IMG/VR virus record: IMGVR_UViG_3300012157_000001
Location: 1-64,000 of that record
Strand: one strand, 5' to 3'
DNA: 64,000 nucleotides
Origin: a virus
Lineage: Duplodnaviria; Caudoviricetes
In this document: positions 34,335-47,713 of the stretch, one piece after another
How the letters are laid out: the number at the start of each line of letters is the position of its first letter
How positions within the stretch are numbered: position 1 is the first letter of the stretch
Position numbers and translations under genes: made by a program
Notes under the pieces: generated by a model
Database searches by the model: none
Told to the model about the DNA's origin: nothing
The model's input: the letters and a program-made list of their open reading frames with translations, nothing else

Positions 34335-37300
34335 AGCTCGACTTCGACGCTCTCACGCCTGCGCAGCAGCGCGCCGCGGGCAATGTTGCGATCAATCAAG
34401 ATCTCGGAGAGAACCCGCGAGTACTCGCCGCGCTGGAAGATCTCGGCGTGCTGACCTCGTACGAGGAGAACCAGGGCGGACATCCGCCGCTCATGGTGAA
34501 GCGTTACGCGATGCCGGTGAGCGTGCACATGGCGTGGTGCGAGTGGTGCTCACGGACGCCGAAAGAAGAGGCGTTGCCGTGAGTGAGCTGAAGAAAGAGT
34601 GGCTCGCGTACCTATCGCTCGTCGGGCTCAGTGTCCTAGCTGGAGTCATCGGCGGCTACTCCATCGGCCACAACAGCGCCGAACACGACATCGCTGGTCG
34701 GTTCTACCACCGCTGCCGCGAGAACCTTGGTCTGTTTGAGCCGATGACGACGCTCCAGAAGGGCGAATCGGCGTGCGCGCATCTCATCACCGAAGAGCTC
34801 GGAATCGAGAACCGATGGGCCAAGGAACTGCCCTAAGATGGCACGCGACGTCGAAGTCCGTCGTAACGGCCAGGTCGTCGGCCACGCAAGGGTCTGCAGC
34901 CAGGACGACATTGTTCCACCGCGTGGGCTCCCCGCGCCTCGCGAGGACTACGAAGAGAAAGTGAGCACCAGCATGGACAAGGACAAGCACAAGGCTGCGC
35001 TCGATGCGCTCGCGGAGCTGATCCGGGGGGAGTTGGCAGGTGAGGACCGCGCACGCTTTTCGCGCGTGTGTCGGCTCGCCCTGATCGGTCAGAAACTCAT
35101 GGTGGAACTGAACCCTCGCGCGGAGGACGTGGACGAGGAAATCGAGGGCGACGAGTTCCACCAGCTCGGTGGGGTCTATCCGGCGCGGCGCCGCCGCCAC
35201 GGCGAGCTCATACTCGGCGCCGGCAACGACCAACAGCAAATGGTTCGAGAAACGTTGGCCATGCTGGGCCCCGCAATGGGCGGCCTGCAGCAGCAGAACG
35301 ATGCTCGGCGGCGCGAGTCGATGGCTCGCGAGTTGAACCAACTCATCGACGCTCGCGAAGTGCTGAAGGAACAGGACCAGGCTGCAGCCGGCATGCTCAC
35401 GAAGCGGATCGATGCAATCCTCGCGGCGATGGGCGAAGAAGAAAAACCGAAAGGAGACGAAGATGGACTTTCAGTGGTTCCTGCCGTCGATGTACGGCGA
35501 CATCAAGCTGAACCGAGTCTCGGCAGACTCAACGAGGATGACCCTCAATGGTCTCTCGCCGACGGAGAAGGAGGCGGTGCAGGCGCTCTTCGAGCGGGCG
35601 ACGAACCCGGGCGCGCTCCGCAAGTCGTGGGCCACGGCGGATAAAACTGCGGCCGTGGACCTAGACTCCATGAGGGAGCAGGTCGTCGAGCTCGACGCAC
35701 CGATCACGAAGGTGCAGGAGTTCCTACAAAAGCAACTGAAGCCGCACCGGAAGCAGATTTCGGCGGTGCGCTTCTCGAACGGTCATGTCGAGCAGCTCAC
35801 GGAGGCAACGCTGCAGGTGATCGACGCACCGGCCGAACCCGACGTGGCGCAAGCAGTCGATACGCCCGCCCCTGCGAAGGAGAAAAAGAAGCCCGAGCCG
35901 AAAGGTGCCGTTACTGTGGCGCAGCCCGTGCGCGGGTGTCCCGCGCCGGACTTCGATGACGTCGAGGTCCGAGCGAGCCGCGTGCTCAAGGCGTTTCTGA
36001 CGCGGGATCAGATCGACGATTTCGAACGGCGGCAACAGTTCGTTGCCATCGGTGCCGACACCGGTCACCGGTACCTGCTCACGTCGCGGCACGCAAGGCG
36101 GGCGCTCTCTCAGTACGGCCATCGGACGCTCTACGACATGGACGAGCGCCTGCCGATGTGCGTCCACGACTGGGAGGTCCCGGCGCCGGAGGAGCTCTTG
36201 GCGCTCTTCGTTCACCTGTCACTGCCGGGTTTGGAGGAATACGTCCGGAGCATTCCGGACAGGGACGGCATCCTTGCCCACTGAAGCCGAAGGAGAGGTC
36301 ACCGTGGACGAGAACGGCGTCGTGCGGCTTCCAGATGGCAGCGGCTGTTTCGTCGCTTCGTTCCCGCTGAGGAAGTCGCATTGGATCTACGCTGAGGGCG
36401 ACAACGATCCGCCGATGCCAATGCGCATCGGAGTCGGGCCGGAGCGGGCGGCGCTGGAGGCTCAGATCCGCTCGGCAGCGAAGTACGCGATACGTGCGGC
36501 GACCATGAAGGGAACGGAAATGGACTTCGATCCGGACGCGATGGTCCAAAACATGATCATCGGCCTGCTCGGCTACTGCACGCACGACGGCTCCCACGGG
36601 GGCCGTCTACCGGAGGACGCGGTTCTCGGGAGGCGCCCATGAAGATCGAAGTAAGGACCGGCGACGACGGAGGCGCGGAGGTCATCCTGTCCGACGTGTT
36701 CTCGGGCCTAGGCATCCGGACCGACGCCGGCCTGTTCGGCATCGCACAGCGAGACGGCGGCATCGAGGTGCTGCTTAACGGCACAACCGTGTGGGCGAGG
36801 GGCGCGAGCGCGGAGGACTTGCCGAACACACTTCCGCCGCCGCCGGCCATGACCGAAGAACGAGCTGCAGCGATTGCGAAGGTGATCAGCAGGCTGAGCA
36901 CACGGATCGGTCCTATGTTACGCGACGAGAAGGAGCATTTGGGCGTAGCAGTCGCGCTGACGACGATGGCGGCCCACCACGTGCTTCACGATGGCGCTAC
37001 CGAAGCGGACTTTTTGGATGTCTGCCGGATGGCCTGGAAGAAGTCTTTCGAGGCACACAAGGACTGCGGAAAAAACTGACCGCACCGATGGCAGATACCT
37101 CGCGCAGCTTCATTGGGGAGCGCCTGAAAGCGGCGTGGGCCCATCTACGCGAGCAGAAGGTCGGTGACCTGTACGACCGCGCCAAGCTCTGGGCCGATGC
37201 CGTGTCGCACGGAGCCGACCCGATCGAAGCGATGCACGGGCACCTGTGCGGTCCCGAGTGCGAGCACTGGGAGACAATGAGCGCCGAACGCAAAGCGAAG

Positions 37301-39762
37301 CTGCGGAACGCGCCATGGAACAAGCGGAGCTGAGAGATGAGCGACCCGACAGACGATCCCGACGACACGCCTTACGTGCATCAGGTGCTCTACACCAACG
37401 ACCTCATCCGAATAGTCTCCACGTGGCTCGGTGCCCTGTTCACAGTCGCGGATCCCGAGCGTGTGCGCCGAGCGCTGCAGCACGTGCTCGACAACTGGCC
37501 GCGACAGGTAGAGATGTTCGAGAACATGCGGCGTATCGCGCAGCAGGTGGAGGAGCGCAACAAGAGGCAGAGCCAGAAAGGCGGTGGGAATTGACGGAGT
37601 TCGGCGGGCTCGGCGGCGTGAGCGGCGGGAGACCGAGAAACACGGCCGATCTCTTCGAGGCGGCGATCGAACGCGCCTTTGGCGATCGGCTGCGGCACGA
37701 GCGCCGCCAGGGCCTGGACGCACGGAAGGGCGACAACGAGGAGGGAGGATTGTGGGACCGCGACGGGCTCGGAGCGCGACTTTGGGGCTCGCTCGCGAAC
37801 ATCGACTGGATCCACGAAAATGGCGACACGGCGGGCTACTCGTTTCGCGCAGCCGGCGACATGATCGCAGCGGTGGTCGGGGAGGGCGACTACATGGATT
37901 GGTACTGCTCATCGGACGCTGGCGTGGTCGACTCCGAAGTCGCTGAGGGCCTGCTGCGGGAGGGTTGGAGGCCGGAGGCGTGAACCGCCGCGAGCGCCGC
38001 GCGCAGCAGTCGTGGGCCCGAAAGGACCCACGGCTTCAGGGCATGGAGATCCGCTACGGCGGACGGACGCTCGTCTTCCACATCCTGGTGAACACTGACG
38101 AAGACGCGGAACAGGTCGTGTGGAGGCTCAAGCGCGCTGCCCCTGGCCCGAAGCAGGTGATGACTCTCGTGGCCGGTCGCAAACCGGACACGGCACACTG
38201 GGCGTCCACATGGGAAGGAGCCGGCATCCCGACCCTTTTCGCCGGACGCACAATCGCGATGGAGATCTACCTCAACACGGACGAAGAGCCGGGGCCGATC
38301 TCGGCGCGCCTCCTCGCGGCCGCTCGGGTGCCGGGAAACGCGGCGACCGCGGCTGAGCTGCGGAGGCTAGGCAACGTGCCGGATTCAGAGGACGTGAGTC
38401 TCGCCGTCATCATTGCCTGCGGCGACGTCGATGCCGAGGCGGCTCGTTCGGTGTGGGAAGCGACCTTTCGGGCGGGTGTCAAAACGGTGGAGAACGAGAA
38501 CTGATGCCCGACGTTACGACAGGTCGCGTCGGCGCTCTGGAGCGCGAGGGGCCGTGCCACTTTTGCGGTCGGACGGTCTCCCAGTACGCAGTCGTGGGTG
38601 AACCACGGCGAAGCTTCTTCGAACACGAGCATCCATGGTGCGAGGAGTACACCGCAATCGCGGCGGAGCACGGGCTCAGCGCAGAACACAACCCAAAGGA
38701 CGACGATGCCGAAAACTAGCGGCAAGCCATTCAGCCGCATCGTGGAAGCCATCGGCCGCAAAAAGGGCAGCTGGGTCGTCACTGTTCATCAGGGTCAGGC
38801 TCTGCTCGCTGCCGGCTCTATCAACGTAGTCAAGGCTGCCGGAGGCTTCATTGTGACGCTGCGCCTGAGCCGCGACGAGCTACTGAATCTGAGGCGCGCT
38901 GCCGACGAGGCGTTATCTGCTCTCGACGCGCAGTCGCCGCCGCACTAGCGAACAACCCCAAGGAGAAACGTCATGCACGTGCTTTCGTCAATGACCATCG
39001 TCGCCAAGAAAACCGAGGTGCTCGCAACGCTCAAGAGCAACCGCGCAAAGCACTCCGAGATCGTGAAAGAGGCACGAGAGGGCTACATGGAAAAGGCACA
39101 GGCCGCGCTGAAGGAGAAGCTGGAGCACCTGCGGTCGGGCAAGCTCGCGTCGCTCTCTTTTTCACTGCGCGTGCCGCTCGACTACACGAAGGTCTACGAC
39201 ACGGCCATCCGAATGCTGGAGCTCCACCAGAACGACACGATTCAGCTCGACGCCGCGCAGGTACGCAACCTCATGCAGGACGAGTGGGACTGGACGGACA
39301 GTTTCTACGGCACGAATATGGTGTATTCGAAGATGGCGAACGACTTTCACAACGGTGAGGAGTAGCCGGGCCGCGTATCGGAGGGCCTCGATGGACGACG
39401 AAAAAAAGAAAAAGGCACCGCCGATGCCGGTGCCAATGACCCGACAGCAGCGGCGGCAAATGAAGCGCGGGCGCATGAAGCTCATTGAAGGGGGCAAGCG
39501 ACCGGATGCGCCGAGCGTGGACATGTCGGAGCCGGCGGGGCGCTTCGCGTTCTACCTGCACGACTTCATCGTGCGCTACGTGGCGAAGAATCCTGATCTC
39601 GAAAAAACGGCTGCATGCGCGGCGGCGCTACAGGTCGCGGCGAAGTTCGCGGTCGAGGTCGAAGGCGACGAAGAGGGCTTTGCGGTGGCCGCTAAGCACT
39701 TCTTCAACGGCGAGTGGCAGGCGCGTCGCGGCGCTCCACCACCGCCGAAGGGCACGGGATGA
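34331..39762 (+). other. Run of ~14 small coupled hypothetical genes (34331-34582, 34579-34836, 34838-35644, 35463-36284, 36304-36642, 36639-37079, 37088-37333, 37337-37594, 37591-37983, 37980-38504, 38504-38719, 38706-38948, 38973-39365, 39391-39762)
   Basis: Successive ATGA/GTGA overlaps and SD motifs; typical phage accessory organisation; no recognisable families. Confidence 0.65.
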
Positions 39763-41060
39763 GCAGTCCTGACCAAAAGCTCGTTGCGGAGAACTACTGG
39801 GCGCCAGGCATGGCTGCCGTGAACGACTACGGCGTGATGTACCAGGCCGAGTGGGAAACGCTGTGGGACGGAACCGCCGTTGCCGCGCGTCTCCACGCTC
39901 GTGCGCTCGCGGCGCAAGGTATCCCCGTGCTGCTGAAGTCCTTCTCGGGCATCGTCGTGAACGCGGAGGGCGTGCCAGAACCGGTGTTCGCGGCGGGCCT
40001 TCCAGAGGCGGTGAAGGCCGAGGTCGGCTCGCTTCCAGAAACATCGATCGGGACGCTCGCGATCCTGCTGAAGCACCTGGTTGTCCGTGGGCAAGGCGCC
40101 CTCGACGGATACCTGATGCCTCGGCACGTGGCGCACTCGGACGTTACGGCGCTGCTGGCGCTTCGGAAGGCAGTCTACGACTCAACGATCACGTACACCG
40201 TGTGGGAGCGGGATCGCGTCGCGCCCGGGATCGCTCAGCTGCTCGGACGGTGCGGGCAAGCGTGGGTGCCGTGCAGCCAGAATGCCTCGGCGCTGATCCG
40301 GTCTGGCGTGCCGGCGGAGAAGGTACGGGTCGTGCCGCATCCGTACGAGCCGACCGACTCGATGTGTCGACTCACCGAGCGTAAGCCCATGACCGGCAAG
40401 CGGTTCTATTCGATCGGGCGCTGGGAGCCGAGGAAAGGACTCCACGAGCTCATCGGCGGATTCATGCTCGCGTTCCGACCGGGCGATGATGTGACGCTGA
40501 CGATCAAGACGAGCCCCGGGACGTGGAAGGGATACCCGAATCCAGAAGAGAGCGTCTCCTGGTGGCTCAAGCGGTTCGACTACTGGAGCGAGAAGACGCT
40601 CCACCCGCACCTTGTTGTCGATCATCGGCGGTACCCGAGGAGCCGCATTCTGAAGCTTCACTTCGACAACAACATTTACGTGTCGGCGTCACACGGGGAG
40701 GCATGGAACCTGCCGGCGTTCGAGGCGAAACTTGCCGGTAACCGGCTCGTGCACGTCCCGTTCGGCGGCACGGCGGATTTCTGCGTGGCCGATGATGTGC
40801 CGGTCGCATACGTGATGGAGCCGGTGGCTGGGATCTACGGCTGGGAGCCGGACGCCGAGTGGGCGAGCGTGACGATCGACGAGATAGCCGCGGCGCTTCG
40901 CATGGCGAAAGCGCCAGAGGCTTACGTGCGACCGGAGCACTACGAGCGCACATTCAGCTTCGATGCAGTCGGTGAGAGGATGGCGAACCTCGTACTCGCG
41001 CAGCTCGACGATGTGGATCCGAAGGCCGGAGCCTGGATTCGGGAGCGCAGGCGCAGATGA
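39759..41060 (+). CDS. Glycosyltransferase (GT-B, GT4-like)
   Basis: YTVWE, VVPHPY, IGRWEPRKG, SHGEAWNLPAFEA (E-x7-E). Confidence 0.8.
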   Translation: MSSPDQKLVAENYWAPGMAAVNDYGVMYQAEWETLWDGTAVAARLHARALAAQGIPVLLKSFSGIVVNAEGVPEPVFAAGLPEAVKAEVGSLPETSIGTLAILLKHLVVRGQGALDGYLMPRHVAHSDVTALLALRKAVYDSTITYTVWERDRVAPGIAQLLGRCGQAWVPCSQNASALIRSGVPAEKVRVVPHPYEPTDSMCRLTERKPMTGKRFYSIGRWEPRKGLHELIGGFMLAFRPGDDVTLTIKTSPGTWKGYPNPEESVSWWLKRFDYWSEKTLHPHLVVDHRRYPRSRILKLHFDNNIYVSASHGEAWNLPAFEAKLAGNRLVHVPFGGTADFCVADDVPVAYVMEPVAGIYGWEPDAEWASVTIDEIAAALRMAKAPEAYVRPEHYERTFSFDAVGERMANLVLAQLDDVDPKAGAWIRERRRR

Positions 41061-42525
41061 AACCGCTGGACGTCCTCTCCATCCTAGTCACGTCGCACGG
41101 CGATGAGCTCGCACAACGCTTCGGTCGCAGGACCATGGAAGCGTTTAAGGAAATGCATGAACGCCGCCGCGAGCTGACCGACAAGCAAGAGACGTGGGTC
41201 ATGGACGTCGGCGAGAAAATGGGCATCATCACAGCGCCCGGAGCAAACCTGTTTTCGAGGCTTTCGCCGAAGGAACAAGCGCGGCAACGGGCGCAGGCGA
41301 AGAGGATTCTTCCGTGGGAAAAGTGAGTGTGGCGGAGGACAACGACATTCTTGGTCAGTTTCGGCGTGCACATGAGCGCGCAGAACGAGTGGCCCACCAC
41401 TACGGGTTCGCTTTCTACATAGCCAACGGCTTCTACAACGAGTACGCCGGCTGGAAGAGCGAGGACCGAGTAGCGACGGAGGTCGAGCAGGAACTCTGGG
41501 CGGCGCTGGACAGGCTTGCGCCGGCCGACTTGTGAAAGGGACGACGACGATGATCGAACATCAGCACCACAACCTCGACGACGAAGGCAAGCCGGCCGGT
41601 GGCCGTGTCAAGGCTACCGGCTTCGACTTCGAGTGGAACAGCGGTCCGCCCGACAAGCCCAATGGAGCCACGCTCGAAGACGTGCTGGAGGCAGCGATCG
41701 GTCGTCTGGAGTTTCTGCAGAAGGCGCAGCCGAACCGCGACAAGGCGATTGCGCTCAATCATCTCGAAACGGCGTTCTTGTGGTTCCAGAAGAATGAACG
41801 GAAGGGTAAGCGGACCCCGTGAAGTGGAAGCCTGAGCCACGGGCTCTTCTGTCGCTGCCGTGCACGGGGCACATGTCCGAGCCGAAGCAGGACTGCGACA
41901 AGAGGATCGATATGCTCTTCCCGTTCAATCTGGAGAAGCTCACATCGGAGCTCAAGCGAGCGGGATGGTTCGTCACGGCGGTGACTCCGCCAGGCACGAA
42001 TCCGCCGGTCATGAGCGTGCTCTGCGGCGACTGTGCGGACGCGCTGATACCCGAGCTGACCGAGGCCACACGACAGGTCTGGAAGAAAAGGGACTCATGA
42101 CGAAGGTGCCTGGTCAGGGTGGCCCGTACTTCAGCCTCACGGAGAGTGAGTGCGGCCCTGCGCTGAAAGCGATCCTCGAACGGGAGGGGGCCGAGAACCT
42201 GGTGCAAGAGCTACACCGATGGATGCGTAGGCGTAGGGTGGAGGACGTCGCCTCGCTCTTTGATTCGCGCACCGCAGGCATGACCTGCGGCCCAGCCTCC
42301 GTCGTTCGCGGCTTGAAGGAAGCCGTCGAGTCGGGCACCGCCGAGAACCATACGTACCACTTTGCGATGACGGCGATCGTGTATGCGATGGCTCTGGAGA
42401 AGCTAGACCCAGAGTTCTTCAGAGAGAAAAGGCACATGGTGGACTCCGCAGCGTATGAAAAGCGGCGGCGCGAAATAATGGAATACGTCCGCCGGATCGC
42501 GGCAACGGAGGACACAACGTCATGA
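41057..42525 (+). other. Five small coupled hypothetical genes (41057-41326, 41323-41535, ~41532-41822, 41819-42100, 42097-42525)
   Basis: Overlapping start/stop codons. Confidence 0.6.
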
Positions 42526-43631
42526 CGCCGACGGTTCGCCTCTACGGTCGCGGCGTCGGCCACGGATCGCACGCCCAGGTGACCGCGGGCTTCAGAGCCG
42601 CGCTGCAGGAGGCCGGGCTGCTAGCCGGCTTCGTGGCGTTCGACTGCGACCCGCCCCCCGACGCTCCGCAGCCCGGCGGTCCGCTCGCCCCCCGCGCGGT
42701 GTTCACGGGGCCGCTGGGCTTCCTGCCGGCGATGCGCCGCGGGACGCGACACGCCGAGCGGTACGCGATGCTCGCGCCGAACAGCTCGTTCGTACCCGGC
42801 AATCTCATGATGGCGCTGGAGCAAATCTGCACGGAGATCTTGGTGCCATCGAAATGGGCGCAGGACGTCGTCGAGGAGAACACGAGCGTCTCTGTTCGCG
42901 TGGTGCCTCACGGCGTAGATGCCGGCTTCACGGAGAACCAAGAGCTGCGCGCGACGGCGCGCGCGGCGTATCGGCTCAGCGAATTCGAGGTGCTCCACCT
43001 CTCGTCGACGGCCTACGACCGAAAGGGCACGCTCGCGCTCTTAACGGCGTGGGGCATGCTCACCTCAAAGGGCGAGCTGCCGCAGGAGTCGAGGCTACGA
43101 CTCGTCCTCGAAATCGAAGCGATGAGCAGAACGATGGCGTGGATGGCGGAAAACGCCGGGGCCCTCGCGCTTCAGAACGTGTACGTAACGGCGCGCATGG
43201 ACGCCCCGCCCGCGCGGCTCGCGGACACGTACTCGTCGCACCACGTCGTGTGTCAGCCGTCGCGAGGCGAGGGGTTCGGCATGGTTCCACTGGAAGCGCT
43301 CGCGTGCGGCGTCCCGATCGTCGCCACGGCGTGTACGGGGCACACGGAGTGGTTTCAGCCTGGGCTAGCCGGTGCGGTGCGGGTGGAGCATGGGCTCAAT
43401 GCGCCGATCGACGATGGGCCTGGTGCCCTCGCGCCGACGGTCGAGCCCGATGCCATTGCGGCGGGGCTCAAGGAAGCGTACGCGCGGTGGGAGCAGCTCG
43501 ACTCGGCTGCCGCGGCCGCGGCCGCGGCCGCCCGTGCGCAATGGGCCTGGTCCAGGCAGCTCGCGCCGTTCATGAAGGAGCTTAGTTCTCCGGTAGAGGC
43601 CGACGAGTGGCCAAAGCCGGCACAGCAGTAA
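42522..43631 (+). CDS. Glycosyltransferase (GT-B, GT4-like)
   Basis: VPSKW, VVPHGVD, RKG, PSRGEGFGMVPLEALACGVP. Confidence 0.88.
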   Translation: MTPTVRLYGRGVGHGSHAQVTAGFRAALQEAGLLAGFVAFDCDPPPDAPQPGGPLAPRAVFTGPLGFLPAMRRGTRHAERYAMLAPNSSFVPGNLMMALEQICTEILVPSKWAQDVVEENTSVSVRVVPHGVDAGFTENQELRATARAAYRLSEFEVLHLSSTAYDRKGTLALLTAWGMLTSKGELPQESRLRLVLEIEAMSRTMAWMAENAGALALQNVYVTARMDAPPARLADTYSSHHVVCQPSRGEGFGMVPLEALACGVPIVATACTGHTEWFQPGLAGAVRVEHGLNAPIDDGPGALAPTVEPDAIAAGLKEAYARWEQLDSAAAAAAAAARAQWAWSRQLAPFMKELSSPVEADEWPKPAQQ

Positions 43632-43644
43632 GGAGACGACGAAA

Positions 43645-44100
43645 ATGAACGATCAGAATGAAACGACAAACCAGACCCCGACTCCGACGGAAGCCCCGAC
43701 CCAGCCGGTGCCTCCCGACAAGCTCGCGCCGTTTCGAGCGCTCTTCGGTATGCCGGTGGCCGTGCAGTTCGCGGCGCAGACGCCTTACGTGCAGGTGGCG
43801 CCGTTGACTGACGCGGTGGGCAACGTCCAGGCGGTCCAGATTCCGAACACGACGCGCGTGATCGGACTTCCGGCCGTCGCGGAGCCCCAGCAGGCGATAG
43901 CGGTTGCGACCGGTGTGCTTCGCCCGTCTGAGGACGGAACGTGGCTCATCATCGAGGAGCGGATCGGAATTCCGCGCTCTGCGCATTCCCTGGGAGGCCA
44001 GGCGCTGATGGACGTCTACGTGCGGCCAGAGTTCGTCACTCACATCAGCTTCGTGAAGGCCATCGAGCTGCGCCGACCGGCGCGCGAGCCCGAGGCGTGA
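43645..44100 (+). CDS. Hypothetical protein
   Basis: SD AAGGAG. Confidence 0.6.
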   Translation: MNDQNETTNQTPTPTEAPTQPVPPDKLAPFRALFGMPVAVQFAAQTPYVQVAPLTDAVGNVQAVQIPNTTRVIGLPAVAEPQQAIAVATGVLRPSEDGTWLIIEERIGIPRSAHSLGGQALMDVYVRPEFVTHISFVKAIELRRPAREPEA

Positions 44101-44341
44101 TCATGAAGCATACGTGTGCGTTTAGATCATCCCACGATCCTGACACGCTGGAACCGACTGGCCCGCGCTGCAACAAGCGCGCGACGCAGGAAATATATTG
44201 GCAGGATGGCCGAGTCTCCCCGTCGTGTCCGCAGCACGGCTTGCGCGCCCTAGAAAAAGAGGCGCGTGCGCTGGTGGTTCGCGTAACTCGCCCGCAGTCG
44301 GAAGCCCAGTGGGCGACCGCCGGATAGGCTTCTTCTAGGTT

Positions 44342-44989
44342 ATGCGCGACGAAGGCGAGTCCCGCTTCCGGCGCTGGCTACTCGACAAGGTCAAGCGCTC
44401 GCGATGGGTGACGTACCCCGCCGACACGGCGGAGTCCGTCGCGAGGAGGATTGGTGTCCAACCGGATATCATCCTGCAGGCTCAGCGGGAGCTCGCCGCC
44501 GAACGCAAGGCGGATGGCAAGGTACCGATGGTGCTCGGCACCGGACGGACCAAGCGCCCGAAGCGCCGGCAGATCGACGTCGACATGCCGAAGGAAGTGT
44601 ACGAGGACTGGTTGCTGTACTGCAGGACGCGGGGTCTGCCAGGATCGGTCGTCATCCGAAGCGTGGTCCATACTTTACTCTCTGGTCCAGAGAATCCATC
44701 TTGGATTGGGCGCCGGTGCCGCTACCGCGGGCAGATGTTGAGTCTGGCCGGCTACACGCAATTCGTGCAGCGGGGCTGGCCGTACAACATTAAAACGGAC
44801 GTGTCGGAGGGCGCAGCCCGCGCCCTCGCGGTGAGGGCAAGGAACCTCGGTTGCACGCTGGCAGCCCTGGTCAGGGGCGCGGTGATCGATGTCCTCGAAG
44901 GCCGAACAAAGCGCCTAAATATCGTGAGTTCCTCGGATGCTATGTGGGACGACGAGACCCGGTACTGGGTGGGCATTCCGCGGGCTTGA
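44342..44989 (+). CDS. Putative DNA-binding regulator (HTH plus two ribbon-helix-helix-like repeats)
   Basis: AESVARRIGVQP; QIDVDMP...RG..GSVVIRSVV and NIKTDVS...LG.TLAALVRGAV. Confidence 0.5.
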   Translation: MRDEGESRFRRWLLDKVKRSRWVTYPADTAESVARRIGVQPDIILQAQRELAAERKADGKVPMVLGTGRTKRPKRRQIDVDMPKEVYEDWLLYCRTRGLPGSVVIRSVVHTLLSGPENPSWIGRRCRYRGQMLSLAGYTQFVQRGWPYNIKTDVSEGAARALAVRARNLGCTLAALVRGAVIDVLEGRTKRLNIVSSSDAMWDDETRYWVGIPRA

Positions 44990-45021
44990 CAGCCGACGGC
45001 AGCGATGACAGCGTTGGCAGC

Positions 45022-47713
45022 ATGGGAACGACCAAGAAAGAGCTGGTCGAAGATCTGTGGAAGAAGCCCTACTCGCTGAAGCGCGCCGAGATCGAAAAGC
45101 GCGCGAAGCGGGGCGACTACCACGACTTTGATTCGGAGCTAGCGGGACCAAAGATCGCGCTGGTGGACGACCTTCGAGCGGCCGGCTTCGGTGACTTGGC
45201 CCAGAAGGCCATCGACGGCGCCTACGACGATGAACGCCCGACGGTCGAACAGATTGAGGAGATGCGACAAGAGTTGGGTCCAGAGTTGTTCGACCAGGTC
45301 ATGGACTCGAAGCCAAGGGGTTCAGCGTGAGCACGAAAACGTCGTGGATACCGGACGAGCCGGCGAGCAAGGAAGAGCTCCTGGCACTGGTGGCGCGGAT
45401 GCGCGCGGTCAGCAACGCGACCTACGATCTGTTCTTCACAACGGGCATGGGTGGAGACGTCCACGCCTTCATCGAATTTTGCGGTGTGCTCTCAAAGTAC
45501 GTCGACATCTGCGAGCGCTGCGCAGAGCAAGGGATCGATTTCCGGTTGCTGAACACGCACTCCGGACGAGGCTTGCCCGTAGAAGTGCACGACATGCGGT
45601 ACCTCGGCGAGAAGCTGGACTGCATCCTCGGGCCGGCGATACACGCGAACCCAGCCGCGAGTGCAGCACTTCGGGAGGCGCTGTTCCGAGACGATGCTTT
45701 CACACCCGCCGAGCTTGGCGTAATGGGCAAGCTCGACCCCGTGAATCCGAAGGCGGTGCTTGCGTGGCTCGGCGGCGAGGGTCCGAATCCGTGGGAGACC
45801 TCTGAATACAGGCTCGCGATGACGCTTCAGCTCGCAGAAGAGCTCCGCCGCGACGGCTATCACGTCATCGTGCGCGATCGTGACGGCCGTATCGTTGGCC
45901 CAACCGGGATGCCGGAGGGCTGAGCCGATGAGCGTCACCGGGAAAATGATCGACGATGCTGAATCGCTCGCCGAGGAGCGCCGGCAGCAGCTCGAATCGG
46001 AACGGATCGCGCACGTCGTCACCAGGCAAGAGCTCATCGAAACCAGGGAGCTCCTGCGCCAGGCAGCGGCCTGCGTGCCCGAGTGGGGCTTCCCATACAA
46101 GGCGCTCCCGTACAAGGAGCTGCGGCAGCGTATCGAGGCGGTGCTGGCCGCCCCGGTGCCAGGGCTCCCGGACGAGTGGGCAAAGCCGCCGGAGCAGCCA
46201 GCGACGGGGCCGCTGCGGAGGAAGCTCGGCGTTGCCCGCGGCGTACTCAACACGGTGCTCGACTCGACGACGATCGGCGGCCCACCGATGCCCACTCAGG
46301 CCGAGCTTCGGCAAGCAATCGACGAGACGGCGGATACGTGAACGTGCTGGAAACCCTGAATCACCTGACGATGCCGGCGGCGCTCGTCATCGTTGCCGTG
46401 ATCGCCGCGCTCGCGTGGCTCGGCACGAAAAACTTCTTCGTCGCCGTCGCGATTGGCATCGTCGCGATCATCGCCGCGGTGCGGTTCTTGTTCGGGGTGC
46501 ATCTGTGACGGTCCACATTCTCTATCAGGGTCTGCCGCGATGCCGCTTCTCGACGGAGGTGCCCAGAGACTGGCCGGAAGGTCACCAGTGGGTTTCGGAT
46601 GCGGACGCCGACCAGGCCACGTGCCAAGAGTGCCTGCGCGAGGCTGAAGTGATCTCGAACGCAAAGGGGCGGCGATGAGGGGTGCGAAGGCAAAGCGTGG
46701 CACGCATGGGCTACGAAAGCGGTGTCCGTGCTGCAGAAAGCTCCGGAAGTTCACTCATCCGCCGGACCACGAACGGGCGGAAGGCTGGACCAAGGTCGGC
46801 GACCAGTGGATCTGTCCGATCTGCGCGCAGCAGTCGATGTGGCACTGCTTCGAATGCAACAAAGTGGTCGTGGTGGCCCCGAAGGTCGTCACGCGCGACG
46901 GCGGTCGCTGGATGCCGGCGCCGCCAGACTGGCTTTTCGTGAAGGACCACGACGAGCTGACGTTCGTGTGTTCGGAGAAGTGCATACAGGCAATCTACGC
47001 GAGGAACGACTGAGACGATGGCAAAACGAAAAGTCATAGCGATGAGAATTCGCTCGTTTCATGACGAGCAACGGGTGAAGGTGCTGCGCAACGACAAGGG
47101 TATCGCGGTAGGTGCCGTTGGCACAGTGAGGCGACTCCGCCGGAACGACAACGGCGCGTGGGTCGAGCTCGATCGCCGCCACAAGAATGAGGCGGTTCAC
47201 CCGTTCCTGAGAGGAGACGACCGAGACTGCCACGTGCTCGCGTATCCGGAGGACTGCGAGATGCCGCTGCAGACGTCACGCGACCGCCGCCGCCGCGACC
47301 GCGCCGAGCTGACGCCGACGGCGTTATCGATCAACGAATTCGGTCGAGATCACTGGTCGACGCTGCTCTACGTCGAGGCTCGCTGCACCGACAACAGCGG
47401 CGTTCCGGATCGGCGCAACATGCGCTGCATCGACAGCCGGCACCCGCAGTACTCGCACGGACACGATTCGAGCGCGTATCCAACGCGCTTGGCCGGCGAT
47501 AAGCTGCTCCCGAACCACGACGACTGGGACTGCGTCGATGACTTGGAGCGTGTTGGTCTCGTCGTGATCGGCGGCACAGGCACGAACCCTGTTTGGGAGA
47601 TGACTGCGGAAGGCCAGCGCATCGTCGGGCTACTCCGAACGCACAAGCAGAGCGGTCAAGGCCTCGGGGCGTTCATCATGGTGCCCGACGCGCAGGAGGC
47701 GGTGGGAACGTGA
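45022..47713 (+). other. Run of small hypothetical genes (45022-45330, 45327-45923, ~45928-46341, 46338-46508, 46505-46678, 46675-47013, 47018-47713)
   Basis: Coupled ORFs; several CxxC motifs. Confidence 0.6.
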
